DNA of 64,000 nucleotides from Marsupella aquatica (Eukaryota; Plantae; Marchantiophyta): the NCBI GenBank assembly GCA_973895155.1, contig OZ316899.1, positions 12,589,934-12,653,933 on the forward strand. Reading direction: 5' to 3'. Under the pieces are notes generated by a model that did not search any database, was not told the DNA's origin, and worked only from the letters and a program-made list of their open reading frames with translations. Positions 36,027 to 48,565 of this stretch are shown piece by piece; position 1 is the first letter of the stretch, and each line of letters opens with the position of its first letter. A program made the position numbers and the translations under genes.

Positions 36027-39000
36027 CCATCCATGAATGAATATAGTTCATGACTGGCTACCATGTCTAGTACCATATCAGTAAAGGGTAAGGGAAAATG
36101 GTCTTTTAACGTTGCTTCATTCAGCTTCCTGTAATCCTGACAAACCCGGATCTTGGGTTTACCATCGGGTCCAGCTTTCTTGGGAACTATCACAATTGGA
36201 GACACCCAGTCTGAATGTAGGACTGGAGTGATGAATCCAGCTTCCACTAGTTTGTCGATTTCCATTTTGACCAGCAGGGAATACTTCGGGTTCATCCTTC
36301 GAATTGGTTGTCGAAATGATTTGGCTCCTAACATGAGATCAATTCGATGTTCCCCTAATGTTGGATCTACTCCCTTTAGATCTTGGTGACTCCATGCAAA
36401 CACATCCTGAAATTCAATCAATAAGTCACTGATCTCTCTCTCGAGCTCAGGTGCTAGGTTTCTCCCTAAGTTTAGTTCCCTTCCCTCTCCTAAGTTGAGC
36501 TTCCGATATTGCCGTGCTTGGATCATATTAATCTGCTTCTTCAAATTCGGGTCCAGCTCGGCGTCCAATCTCTCCAGTCTCATACCTCCATAAACTGGAA
36601 TCTCGGCTGTACTAGCCGAGTCGGTCTCTTCCTTGGTGTCCATAGATTGTCCCCTTGCCGGTTTATCCGGTTTTGAATTGGTGGTCGGCTTCCCTTCCTG
36701 CCTCGGCTCTGGATTCTGTCTGTGCATCTCATCCACCTCTTCCTCCTGAGGGTCAGTCCGCTGTGCTCTCCCGGCTTCTAATAGGGCCTCAATTTGTTCT
36801 GCCCTCGTAATCGGCTTGTATGCCGATCCCTTGGTATTTAATTCCTTGCCGATGATCGATGGCGTTGTGAACCCTGCCGGCTCTACCACAACGCCTGCAG
36901 AAAATCCACTGTCCCTGCTACTGCTCCCCACTTAGCCGTTTTATCCAATTGGTCTACATCCTTTACTTCCTCTGGAATTGCAGCTAAAAAGGTGGATTCT
37001 ATTGTAAAGCAGTCCTTGACCTCTTCGTCTTCTTCTTCCAAGTCACCTTCCATTGGTTCTTGCCATAATCCGCTGGGGGGTACCTCCGGTCCAAAGACAC
37101 TTTCTTCGGTTAGGTCAGTGAGGCATTCTAGCCAACGGACTTCATCGGCTGACTCCAGTCCACTATCGTACCCGTCTACCTCCCTGATGCTTTTCCTACG
37201 GTCATCCTTAGTGTCCCAGGATACCGTGATAGAGGGGGTCCCGAAAGTGAACTACTTTTTACCCCAATCTTCTATTACCTCGGCTAGGTATAGCCACGGC
37301 CTACCAATCAATAGCCGGAATGACGTAGGATTTACCGGCTTCATTACTACATAGTTAATGCTAAAAAAAACACCTCCTATCTCTGTCTTGATGCCGGTTA
37401 ACACTCCCGTGGGAATGACCTGATACCCATTGGCCATGTTTAGCACTCTTCCAGTCATCTCTAGTGTTAGACCCCACCCTTTTGCTATTGAATCAATCAT
37501 AATACATACCCCTGATCCTCCATCGATGGGTACCCGTAGTAATAATTCTCCTTGAATCATTAATGGTAATGCTGGGGCTCCTTGATCTTCTTCTATCATT
37601 AGTACGTCGGATCTGGTCGCTACCTTGGATAATCTCGGCTTGTCGAGAATAGCCTTCCTTAATTGCTTCCGGAAGTACGGGCTATTTTTCAATAGTTGAC
37701 CAACTGTTGCCGAGACTCTAGACTCTAGTACATCTTTAGCCAGGTCATAGGGAACAATCGGCTTCTCCTCTGGTGGTGTCTCCATCTTGGATTCGGCCTA
37801 TTTTGCCACGCTAGTCTCCACAGCTGTTGGATCCTCCAAAGCAAACAATGCTTTTGCTCGTTTCACATCCTTGGCAATGGCTTCGGTATTCTCCAGGGTT
37901 TCTAATTCTCTCAGTTGTTCCTTAACACTAGCCGTAACAGAGGGGTAGAACAACTTAGGATGATCTCGATTGAAGTCGCTATCTTGTGAAGGATTGGGTT
38001 CACTGGTGGGCTCATGGCTTACCTGTATTGCCGGAGCCCTCCCTTCTCCTTCCGTTGATGTTGACGAAGAGTCGATCTTTTCCTCCGTAACCTTCCCTTT
38101 ATTTTTGGCCAGCCCATCTCACCTTTCCTTCCTTCTGGTAGATCGAGTAGAGACCCGGTAGCAATCATGATCTAAATCCTCTTCTGAGAAGGTTGATAGG
38201 GCTTCGGCCTCATCATCAAATGGTACAAACTCTGCCTCGGCATCCTCTTGCCATCCTAGTTTGATGTGGTTGATTTGAACTCCTCCGGGGGTAGTACCTG
38301 GCGGTAAGACCTTTACTGGCAAAAGTTTATGATTTGCGGCCAGGCCTGCCACCCAAGTAGGACATTGCCCTAGCATATGACCTTCCTGTCGGCATCCCAG
38401 ACATAGCTGAGCTGGTTGTCCATCACCCTGTTTGCATGCATTCGGGCATTCTCTAGCAAAATGGCCAGGTTGACCACAATTATAGCATGCCGCAAATCTT
38501 TGCACATTCGGCCTAGGAGATACTGACGGGTTCTGAATAATCCGAGGATACATCTCTCCTGGATTGTTCCTTAATCCTGACCACATGGATGCAGGTCTGT
38601 TGGATAGGTCTCGTGCTCCAGTCTCACTGATGCCGAAAACACTATCAGCGGCATCTCCTAAAAAGTACTCTACTTCTCCCTAACATGGTCTGATCTCGGC
38701 CACATGCCGAACATGATTAGTATTAAGTTTAGGACACGCATCTTTATGGTGTCTGGTTTTATAACATAAGGCACACCATACAGAGCTATCCTCCTGTACT
38801 ACCTTCTTCTTCGGCTTTACCTCTGCAATTATAGCCTTAAGTTGCTCGATAAGGGCCACGATGTTATCTGTGGCTTAGCCTCCAGCTTGACTTTCGTCTT
38901 CCCTCTCCTTCTGCCCTTCCTTTTCCTAGTTTTTTCTTCTTCAGAACTAGAAGATGACTCACTCTTGCTACTTCCACTATCCGAGCTTGAGTTATCACTT

Positions 39001-39830
39001 CTTGACTTCTTAGAATGTTTCTTCTTCTTATCTTTTTTTTTATGGGGAGATCCCTCCTCTGATGAGGAACTCTCAGACTTAAGCTGTTTCTTCCGGCTTG
39101 TGATATCTGCATTAATGTATAATTGAATATCCTTAATTGCATCGGCTAAAGTCTCCGGGTTCTCCTTCCTAATTGCAAAACTCATCTTCTGTGGCAAAGC
39201 ATTCACCAACCATTGAAGTTGCATACCTTCAGATGCATTGGTCTTTGTACGTCTTACCAGTTTCTGAAAGCGTTGCAAGAACTTCCTGAAGGATTTGTTC
39301 TCCTTGAACCGAAGTCGTCCCAACTTCAGCACTGCTAGTTCTGAAGTTCCAATGGGTCAAAACTCCTTAACAAAGAGTGTTTTGAAGATATCCCAGATGG
39401 CTTGATCTTCCACATCTAATGCTCTGTACCAAGGCCTAGCCTCACCCTTGAACAGGCCGGGAAGAATCTGCATCTTGATGGCCGATTCTCCATTTGCTGC
39501 AGCGGTTCCCTTGAAATCATCCAACCATTCGTCCGGATCCTCATCTCCTCTCCCATGAAATGCCTTGTAATGTATGCGCGACCGTTGGCTCAGTCTGGTC
39601 CCTGGCCTCTCGTCTGGCCGTGCCTCTGGTTCCCCCATGTCGGTTGGAGACTCACTTCTCCTTACCGACTCTTCTTCTGGTATGTCTTCTTCGACGCCAC
39701 TTCCAGCTTCGGAGCTACCAGCTCTTTCTGCCCCTCTCAGTCGCTGTGTATCATGCCACTCGGCGAGCTGCTGCAGTCGAGCTCTCTCCCGTTGAATCAC
39801 TCTTTCTTCCCTCGGTGTAAGGTCAGTCAT
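36027..39830 (-). pseudogene. A2 gag-protease-RT (N-terminal part), disrupted
   Basis: Gag core, 3 CCHC knuckles, VPIDGGSGVCIM protease, LLIGRPWL, and WVSPIVIVPKK..IRVCQDYRKLN RT start. Multiple stops and frameshifts. Confidence 0.93.
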
Positions 39831-39877
39831 TACCTACGCTTCCTTTTTAACTTCATATCTCACGGCTTAAGAAATGC

Positions 39878-39895
39878 CCCCTCCATCTAGCGCCA
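39878..39895 (-). promoter_or_regulatory. Primer-binding site, tRNA-Asn type (A2)
   Basis: TGGCGCTAGATGGAGGGG on the - strand, 4 nt from the LTR end. Confidence 0.85.
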
Positions 39896-39899
39896 AAAA

Positions 39900-42668
39900 T
39901 GTGGTGCGTCCCATGGCTCCCTAAACCCAAGAAACCCCCCAGCTCAAGCCGATTCCCGCAGGTTTCGCGCTTGGCGAGGCCGTTTCCGCGGCTTAGCGGC
40001 ATGGGACGCTGCTAACCTTCTACTACTACTATTAACATTTTACACACATATACTGGACAGATCCTTCATCGGGTCATGAGATACGTAGCCGGCCTAATCT
40101 AGGCCTTCCCTTGTCTTCCCCTCCGTCTTGTTAGGTATGTTTGGTTCCGCCGCCGGAATGATCCCCAATAGGCTTGGTTAAGCCGCTAAGACCTCTCTCA
40201 GCTCGACACATCCAACTCTCACTCCCCTGCTTACTTTCCTTCCTTCTGTTGTTGATGTGGGCACTCTTCACACAAGTTAATGCGACACACAAATAGCAAA
40301 ATGACTCCTTCTGACTGAGTCATACCATGCACTTGCCATACAAACAGTACATCTCATACACAAGCTCTGCAAACTAAGCCGTGAGGCCAACTCTATTCAG
40401 CTCTTAGGCATGAGGAAACATGAATATACACAAGGGTCACTGTATGACTAACCGAGAGCTTCCCTTACTACTTGATCCCAGCCCGGCTGGTGCAAACTAA
40501 AAACTTGCTAAAGAAGAGGCCCTGAGCTCCCCGCTGCCCAGGTACTTATCCTGGTAGTGGATCCGCCTAATTCTTTGCAGCGTAAGCCTAATCTACCTAA
40601 CAGTAATCTACTTGCCCGGATCTACCTATGTACAGCAAGGCAGGAGCACAAGTGTTGCTCCTACCAGTGGAACCGCAATCCCACTAAGCTAAGTGTGAGG
40701 GCCGCTCCTGGTCCTGATCCTAATCCTAAACTTGGAGATCAGCGCCCGCCCTGCCCACTCACGCCTCCTACCTCCACGTCCGCCCTTCCTAAAAGGAACG
40801 GCGCCCTTGCACCGTCACGACACCGGTGGTGGATCCTCAATGGACACCCCCAACGCTTCCTCCTCAGCCACTGCCGTAGGTTCGTTTTCTGATAGAGTAC
40901 CTGCCCTTGACTGAGTCAACTCTCCATCGGCCTGACTGGGTCCACCATCGGCATCGGCTCGGGAATCATTCTCGGCTACGGCCTCAGCCTCGGCTATGGT
41001 CTTAGGGTTTAGGGTTGGCAAGTCTTCCTTCCTTGGCCTAAACACCTGCTCGATCGTAGGGCTAACAGGTGGTTGAGGCTTCTCTGCTACCGGCCTCGGT
41101 GCTGGAGCTTCCTCGGGTGCCCTTACCTGCAGGGGAAGTACTGGGGCAAAGGTCTGTCCTCTGGCATACCGGCACAACAGCGGCATGTGATAGCCAAGCC
41201 GCGACACGCTCCCCATGCCGATTACCTGCTGCTCCTCCTTTAAGATCTTCTTCAATTGGTTGAGGAGGTAGTCCCGGCTTGGGTCTGGCCTCTCTGCCAG
41301 ATAGACCTGTGCCTTGCCGATCTCTGCCCTCGGCAAGTTACAGTGCATGGTCACCCTCAAGAAGTCGATAATCTCTCCTATGTGCGGGTTGGTGCAGGTG
41401 TTCCGGAAGAAGCCATTCTTTGTTGATGGCCCGGGGAACGACCGTAACTCCTTGTCAGGCAAGGTCTTCCTGGTATCAACTTTGGTCTTATTGCCTATCG
41501 GCAAGCCAAACACTTCGGCAATCACCTTGGGAGTAAGATAGAAATCCTTCCCATATATCCTCGTGCAATTGGTCTCGGGTTCCCATGACCCCACGAATTC
41601 TAATAGGTCTGAATCCGATACCTCCGGCTTCAGCCATGGTAATCTTACAAAGGCCTCTAAGCCGGATCCGGCCATGAAGCCTTGGTACTTCTTGGTCTGC
41701 ACGGCCGTAAAGCATGCATCCTCCTCTCGTGCAAAATGTAGTTGCACCTCCACCGGTAGGGTTGCCGCCCAGCCTTTCCAGGTGTCATCCCTGGTTGGAA
41801 TGGCCTTGATGGGATCGACCTCCTCCTCTTCGGCTTCTCCCTGCCTCCTGCTCTGTTGCTCGGCTGGCTTCTTTGGTGCCGCCGACCTCGTTCTTTTTTC
41901 CGGGGTGGCTTCATCATTGACGGCTCCCTTCCTCTTCATCTCTGCTGCCGTGGAGGTTTCTCCTAGCACCGTTACCTGGGTCCACCTTTCCGTGCTACCC
42001 TTTAATTCCCAGTGTATGTCGTTGCAGTTCTTGATGGCGTCTTGAATGCCGATGATGTTGTCTTTGCAAAACAGAAGATCGTCGAGCTGATTGGAAGTAG
42101 GAGTCCACAAGAACTCGTCCTTGATGAGTTCGCCTCCTAAGAAAGCCGTCTTCTGCAGCTCCCACAATCGAGCGAGCTCCTGCCGTTCTCAAGTGCCCTT
42201 TCTGATTCCTCGTCCTCGTAAGTCTTGATGTACTCAGTTGCCTGTTCGAATAGGCATCCCCAGAAATGTGCCGCTTGATTGACGTTGCTCATACCCTCCT
42301 TAGGTCGATCATCGGTATCTACTCTCTCCCCGAGTGCTTGCCTAAGCAGCTGACAGTAGTTGGCCTCCCGTAGTCGTCTGCCTAGTTCGTGCTCGCAAAT
42401 GAGCCACCATTTCCTGCAAGCGCTCCTTACCCCTCTCCTCTTCCGGTCCTTCCTCCCCTTGATCCTTCCTAGCCGCCGACGCTTAACGCGCCCTAACCCT
42501 AATCGAGTTTTCACCCCCAGCTTCCTTACCTCCGGCCTCGGCCCGGGTTCCATGGTCGCCCCTAATTGTTTATATTTTCCTTGTTTTGTCCCTATACTAA
42601 GGTGTTTCTAGGGTGCATTCCTGCTTTACCCACTTAACTGGCCGAGTGATTCCTGTCTAGGCATCACA
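39900..42668 (-). repeat. 5' LTR of A2 (2769 bp), internal deletion bridged by telomeric filler
   Basis: Lacks the equivalent of 26110-28019, replaced by TAGGGTTTAGGGTT at 41003-41016. Fused ORF 40815..42167. Confidence 0.95.
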
Positions 42669-43100
42669 GTCCCCTCTCCCAAATTTTCTTCAATGATTGG
42701 TAATATCAATCCCGGAGCATTGTCCAATGAAAATGTTATAGTCTGGAATGAGAAGTCTTGCCCAAAGGTAGGCATCTCCATGATCAGCAATTTTGCAATC
42801 TTCTCAATCTTCAAAATGTTGATTCACAACTCCTAGGATCCTTCTCCCATAAATGTTTCATAAATCTTATGGGTAAGCTTGAAAAGTGAAGAGTTGTGGA
42901 TCCCATTTCCTCCAATCAGAATAAATTCTCTCTCCTTGGCACCCTTTGCCTTTCTTCCTAGTATCAAAGAAGTCTTAAGTTAGGGAGATAACTTCCCCAC
43001 AAGAACATCCTTGGGGGTGGCTTCTCTCCCCCGTCAAATCCATTCTCCTTTGTCTGGCATTAACGTCCTTTTCTTCTCCAATCTCTTGGTCTCAGGTTGC

Positions 43101-43118
43101 TCCCCGGCAGCGGCGCCA
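43101..43118 (-). promoter_or_regulatory. Primer-binding site, tRNA-Asp type (element B)
   Basis: TGGCGCCGCTGCCGGGGA, 3 nt from the LTR end. One mismatch to the Athila-type tRNA-Asp PBS TGGCGCCGTTGCCGGGGA. Confidence 0.88.
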
Positions 43119-43121
43119 AAA

Positions 43122-46100
43122 TGTAGAGTAGGGTTTAAGGAAATATGAATTACTTTCCTCTTAAACAACCAGAATTCATTCTCGTTAAGAGCTTGTGAGA
43201 CCTAAAAGATTGTATTAATATACTTTGAGATAGTTAAGCTAACCTATCTCAGATTTTAAGCCTTTACCAACATGCTTAGGTCAGGTGGAAGGAGTTTTTA
43301 ATACATCCTCAGGTATTGTGATGTTTGTATCATCAACAGTGCAATAATCAATTCTAAAAATATAATAAAACAACCAAAAGCCGGAGGCGTAAAGAGAGGA
43401 TTAGGCGAGCCTTAAATGTCTCATCTCCTCTCGCCACTTAGCAATCTGTGACTAAGTTAGGCATGATTAAGAGTCAACAGAGAGTCTGACAAAATTAGGC
43501 TGATGCCTAAAGCTCATCTTTAAAGCCAACCATCTAAGAATTTGTAAAAGATGCATATAAGATAGCCCGTATTAACTTTCTGACCTATGTCAAGACAAAG
43601 GTGGTACTGATTACTTCGAACTAACTTATTCTTCTATTCAATCCTTCGGATTGCTCTTTTAGGACTACACAATTTGTGAGTTCTCGTATGGTGCTTCTTC
43701 CACTAATACTTAATAAGCCATAAGTATTCCATAGTCAACATGAATCTTTAGACCTTTACATGGACTCAGGCATGCATTTCCAGTCAGCCTAAAGGTTAAC
43801 TATGACATTGCTAGTCACTTTCCATAGATTTTCTAGCAAGAATGGTCACACACTAATGTCCAAACACAAAGCATAGATCACCAAAATTATGAATCTATTA
43901 CTTCTCTTCAAAGAAGGAAACTTTCAAAAGTGAAATGCAAGTCTGAGTAAAATGGTGGAAACTTTCCCTCTTATACTTAGGGACAAGTCTCCTCTAAACA
44001 AAAGTTGAAGAGGTATGCCCCTTCAATTCCTAATCTAAGTGTAAAAGTAAAAAGTAATGCTAAAGTCTGAAACTAGACTATGAGATAAAGTGCTCAGCAA
44101 AAATTCAAAGTCTAATTCTTCCTATACTAAGTTTTATAGGGCTTCAAACACGAAACAGGATCAAAAACCGGGTGGGAAACCGGATGGGAAGCCGGTTCAA
44201 CTTCCGGATGGAATAACTTTTTACTCTTCAAGAGTTGAAGTGTCAGGCTTCACCGACGTGGAGTCTACTGCTGGATCAATGGAGTTGAGAGGGTTTGGCA
44301 TGAAAGTGATACCTCCAAAGGTAATAGTAAATGGTGAGGTCGGAATGGGTGGAAAATTGGGTGTAACTGTGGTAGAAGTAATATCAGGATCAGGAGAGTC
44401 AGCCCATCCTTCTGCTGGTGTCACCTGTGGGGATGGAACAGTGACTTTCTCTGCAAATTGAGTCTGCTCCTCATCAGAAAGGTCATAGAATTTTTTCAGT
44501 TCAGCAAGGATAAGCTTGAGGGCAGAGAGGCATTCTTCCACCTTGTCACCATAGTCATGTGCAATTTGGATGACTAAGGGCATGAGAATGGGGATTGGGA
44601 ACATCTGAAGTACTGCCTGAATAGTTGGGTCTGTACCAGGTCCTCTCCCTTGGTTTCTACTAAGGGTTCCAGGTGATCCATAGCTCTGGAAATGTTATCG
44701 AAGAGTAGTTGCTCCGCTGTGGTCTTCTCCTTTGCCTTGTGCAGCAACTGTTCAAGATGATAGTTCTTCTTCTTCTTCTCTTCCTCTAATGATTTCTCTA
44801 GCTGCTCAATCTTGAACTTGTTCTCATCTCCTTTCATCAGGTCCTCCACTTTCTTCACAAGGTCAGCAGGAGCCACACCAGTCACCTGGGAGAGCCTTGA
44901 GAGCACTGGTTCCATGATTCCCATCTTGGTCTTGATGGTCGAAAGATCCTTGAATAAACAAGAAAAATGGTGTAAGGTAGAGTGTGAAAGACCGGCTGAA
45001 GAGGTAGTAGCGCCACTCATCGGGTAGGAAACCGGGTCAAAAACCGGTTCAGAAGCCGGTTCAGTTTTGTCGAGCTTCCTCTTCTTGGTTGGCCCTACAA
45101 AGTTGATCTCTTCCGGCTCTGGGTCATCTTCAGACTCTGGTAAGCTCTGAATTTCTGGATCCAAGACTCCATATTTCACATAGCTGCTCTTGGTGCCAAA
45201 TGCACTCTTCTCATGTTTGAATAAGGTTTGGTCATGAGAGTATAGATGTACCAAGTAACAGGAGAGAGCAGTGGGGGCTCTGTTGGACAGGGCGGAGACC
45301 TGCTTCTCTAGAACACTTGAGAAGATAGTAGCCCATGATACCTCTCTGGTTTTGAAGAAGGAAGCAATGATAGTACTTCCTACTTTAAGAATCACCCTCC
45401 TTGGTTTCTCTGGATAGATGAGGGGGACTAGGAATGCCATCACGTTCCTGAGGTCCTTGTGAGTACACTGGTTGATGGTCCATCCTTCTTTGGCATCCAT
45501 CTTGCCACCAAAGTATTCCACTGTGAGATTCTCTCCTCTGGGGCAGAAGCCACTCCCTTTCACTGGTAGCTGAAAAGCTTCTCCAACGAATGCCTTGGTC
45601 CAAGCTTCTGGTCGAGCTCGTGCAGTCTTCTGAAATTCTGTGGGAGGAACTCCTGCCAGCACTTCCCTTACCATGTCTTCACTCAGAAATCCCCAAGTAA
45701 GATCCATCAAGGAGGCACAGCCCATTAGTGTAAGATCTTTTCGGAGCTGTTCCTTCTCAGCTGCATCAGTAGGAATGAGGGGTCTCAAGGGCTTCATGGT
45801 GATCTGAGCCTCCTTCCTCTTTGAACATCGTACTTCAGGCTTTACTGGAGTCCCACTCTGAGTCTTGGAAGAAGGACTGCTCTTGGCACTCTTCATACTG
45901 CCTGGTAGTTGGAGTAGCAAACAGATTTGAACCGGTGAAGGCAGAAGGTAGGAGCTAGAAGTGAATATAGCCTCTATAATTACTCCGTCGCGTATATCAG
46001 CCAACCTTCTCCATCTCAGCACACTTTCAGCGAAAACAAACATCCAGCAAGCGAGATATAGCAGAAACCGGTTTGCCACCGGTTCAGTTCCAGTTCAGAA

Positions 46101-46740
46101 ACCGGCTCAAGCCCTGGAAGTAGACAACTATCAAAACAGGGGGCCTTAGCGCCAATCTCCACATCCCCAGCCTTCCTTCCAAGCGTAGGAGTAGGCTGCC
46201 ACCTCACACGAGTCTGTCAAGGATCTCTTATATCTTTCTCTCACAGAAACTAGAATGGTCCTATAATCCGGACCCAAGATCCTCAACCGGAAGGGAAGAG
46301 CCTCCTTTCTCTACTGCTTCGACAAGCCTATTCACTCGGGAGCTCAAAACTTACTCTGTTCAGCTTTGAGAGGTGTGAGAAGAGCAAAACCGGTTCGTCC
46401 TTAAGAGGGATTCCGGCTCACTGTCAGGAGTCCAATGCTTATGGGTTTTCCCCATGACAAAGAGCGTAGCCTCGGCTTCAAGAACCTGGTGTTAGATTTT
46501 CTTGATAGCGTCCGGAGACGATTTTATGGCTTCCAGTTCGTGGTCCGGTTTCCTTCTCTTTACCAAGAAATACTTTCTTCCGATTGAGCCTCTTTTCCTT
46601 CTCTTAATCTCTTGAATGGTTGTTAGACTTTCAATAATGGTTTGCTTAGCATTTAAGGTTCTTCTTTCCCGCTTCAAAGGCAAAAAAAATTAAATTTTTC
46701 CACTTTCTTTATTTCCTTTCTTCTTAACCATGTTATCACA
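43122..46740 (-). repeat. 5' LTR of element B (3619 bp)
   Basis: Direct repeat of 13542-16793. Bounded by the TSD and the PBS. Confidence 0.95.
44221..45896 (-). CDS. LTR-encoded PMD-like + coiled-coil protein, family B (5' LTR copy; frameshift near 44605)
   Basis: ORF 44574..46079 (ATG 45896) overlaps ORF 44221..44604, which supplies the C-terminus that is deleted in the 3' LTR. Confidence 0.78.
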
Positions 46741-48565
46741 TTGGTTCCGGTAAAGGGGTCTTCCCTTCTGAGTCGGCTTAGGTTGACTTCTGGGGCAGCG
46801 TCCTGTATCGGTGCCGTTGCCGTTGCCATTGCCGTTGCCGGAACCGTTCTCTTTTCCTTCTCCAGCAATTTCAGCAGATTTTGCATGCCTGGTTGCTGCA
46901 TCGGCAAGTCTTCTTTCCTTGGCCTAAACACCTGCTTGATCGTTGGACTGTCGGGCTGGTTGGGCTTCTCTGGTGCCGGCCTCTGCTTCGGGACCTCCTC
47001 CGGTGCCCTTGCCGATAGGGGAAGTACTGGGGCAAAGATTTGACTTCTGGCATACCGGCACAACAGCGGCATGTGATAGCCAAGCCGGGACACCCTTCCT
47101 ACGTCGATCACTTGCTGTTCCTCCTTCAAGATCTTCTTCAGTTGGTTGAGGAGGTACCCGTTGTAATCCCGGCTTGGGTCTGGCCTTTCTGTTAGGTAGA
47201 CCTGAGCCTTGCCGATCTCTGCCCTCGGCAAGTTACAGTGCATGGTCACTCGCATTAAATTGATCATCTCTCCATGTGCGGGTTGGTGCAGGTGTTCCGG
47301 AAGAAGCCATTCTTCGTTGATGGTCCTGGGAACGACCAAAACTCATTGTTAGGTAAGGTCTTCCTGGTATCAACCTTGGTCTTATTACCCATCGGCAAGC
47401 CAAACACCTCAGCAATCACCCGGGGAGTGAGATAGAAATCCTTCCCATACACCCTCGTGGAATTGGTCTTGGGTTCCCATGATCCCACAAATTCTAATAA
47501 GTCTGAGTCCGGCACCTCCGGCTTCAGCCATGGTAATCTTACAAAGGCTTCCAAGCCGGATCCGGCCATGAAGCCTTGGTACTTCTTGGTCTGCATGGCC
47601 ATAAAGCATGCATCCTCCTCCCGTGCAAAGTGTAATTGCACTTCCTCCGGTAGGGTCGCCGCCCAGCCTTTCCAGGTGTCATCATTTGTTGGAATGACAT
47701 TGATGGGATCGACCTCTTCCTCATCGGCTTCTCCCCTTGTCCTGCTCTACTGCTTTGCTAGCTTCCTAGGTGCCGCCGACCTCGTTCTTTTTGCCGGTGT
47801 GGCCTCTTTGTTGTTGTTTCCTTTCCTCTTCATCTCGGCTGCCGTGGATGTTTCTCCTAGAAAGGTTGCCTTTGTCCACCCCTCTGTGTTACCCTTCAAC
47901 TCCCAGTGTAGGTCGTTGCAGCGATTTATGGCGTCCTGGATGCCGACGATTCTGTTTTCGCAAAACAGAAGGTCATCGAGCTGATTGGCAGTAGGAGTCC
48001 ACAAGAACTCGGCCTTGATAAGTTCTCCTCCTAAGAAATCTGTCTTCTGCAGTTCCCAGAGCCGAGCGAGCTCCTGCCGTTCTTGAGCTGCTCTCTCCGA
48101 TTCTTCATCCTTGTAAGTCCTGACGTACTCACCTGCCCGTTCGAACAGTCATCCCCAAAAATGTGCCGCTTGATTGACGTTGCTCATACCCTCCTTGAGT
48201 CGATCGTTGGTATTTGTTCCCACCCCGAGTGCTTGTCTAAGCAGCTGACAGCATTTGGCCTCCCGTAGTTGTTTGCCCAGTTCGTTCTTGCAAATGAGCC
48301 ACTATTCCTCGCGAGCGATCCTTACCCCTCTCCTCCTCTGGTCTCCCCTCCCGTTGGTCACCCCTAGCCGCCGAAGCTTACCGCGCCCTAACCCTAATTG
48401 TATTCTCTTCCCCGACGTCCTTACTTCCGGCCTCGGCCCGGGTTCCATAGTCACCCTTAATTGTTTATATTTTCCTTGTTTTTGGTCCTATACTAAGGTG
48501 TTTCCGGGGTACACTCCTGCTTTACCATGTAAACCGGGCTTAGTGATTCCTGGCTAGGCATCACA
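46741..48565 (-). mobile_element. Older family-A LTR (A3), right piece, including its TGTGATGCC start at 48565
   Basis: Homologous to 27875-29681 but more diverged and with stops. Its terminus abuts another A-type ORF rather than a PPT. Confidence 0.9.

Larger units (their letters stand above)
25005..42668 (-). mobile_element. Full-length Ty3/Gypsy non-chromovirus element, family A, copy A2, nested in the leader of B
   Basis: LTRs 25005-29681 and 39900-42668 (TGTGATGCC...GCACCACA). TSD GTCCC at 25000-25004 and 42669-42673. PBS at 39878-39895, PPT-like GTGGGGAGCTA at 29682-29692. Confidence 0.96.
13542..46740 (-). mobile_element. Full-length Ty3/Gypsy non-chromovirus element, family B (about 15.5 kb without nested inserts)
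   Basis: Two LTRs with TG...CA ends. 5-bp TSD TTGGT at 13537-13541 and 46741-46745. PBS at 43101-43118, PPT at 16794-16804. Order gag-PR-RT-RH-INT. No chromodomain and no extra archaeal-type RNase H. Athila-like RH-INT linker (LNDDFPDETLW..SWYVDIV). Confidence 0.96.
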
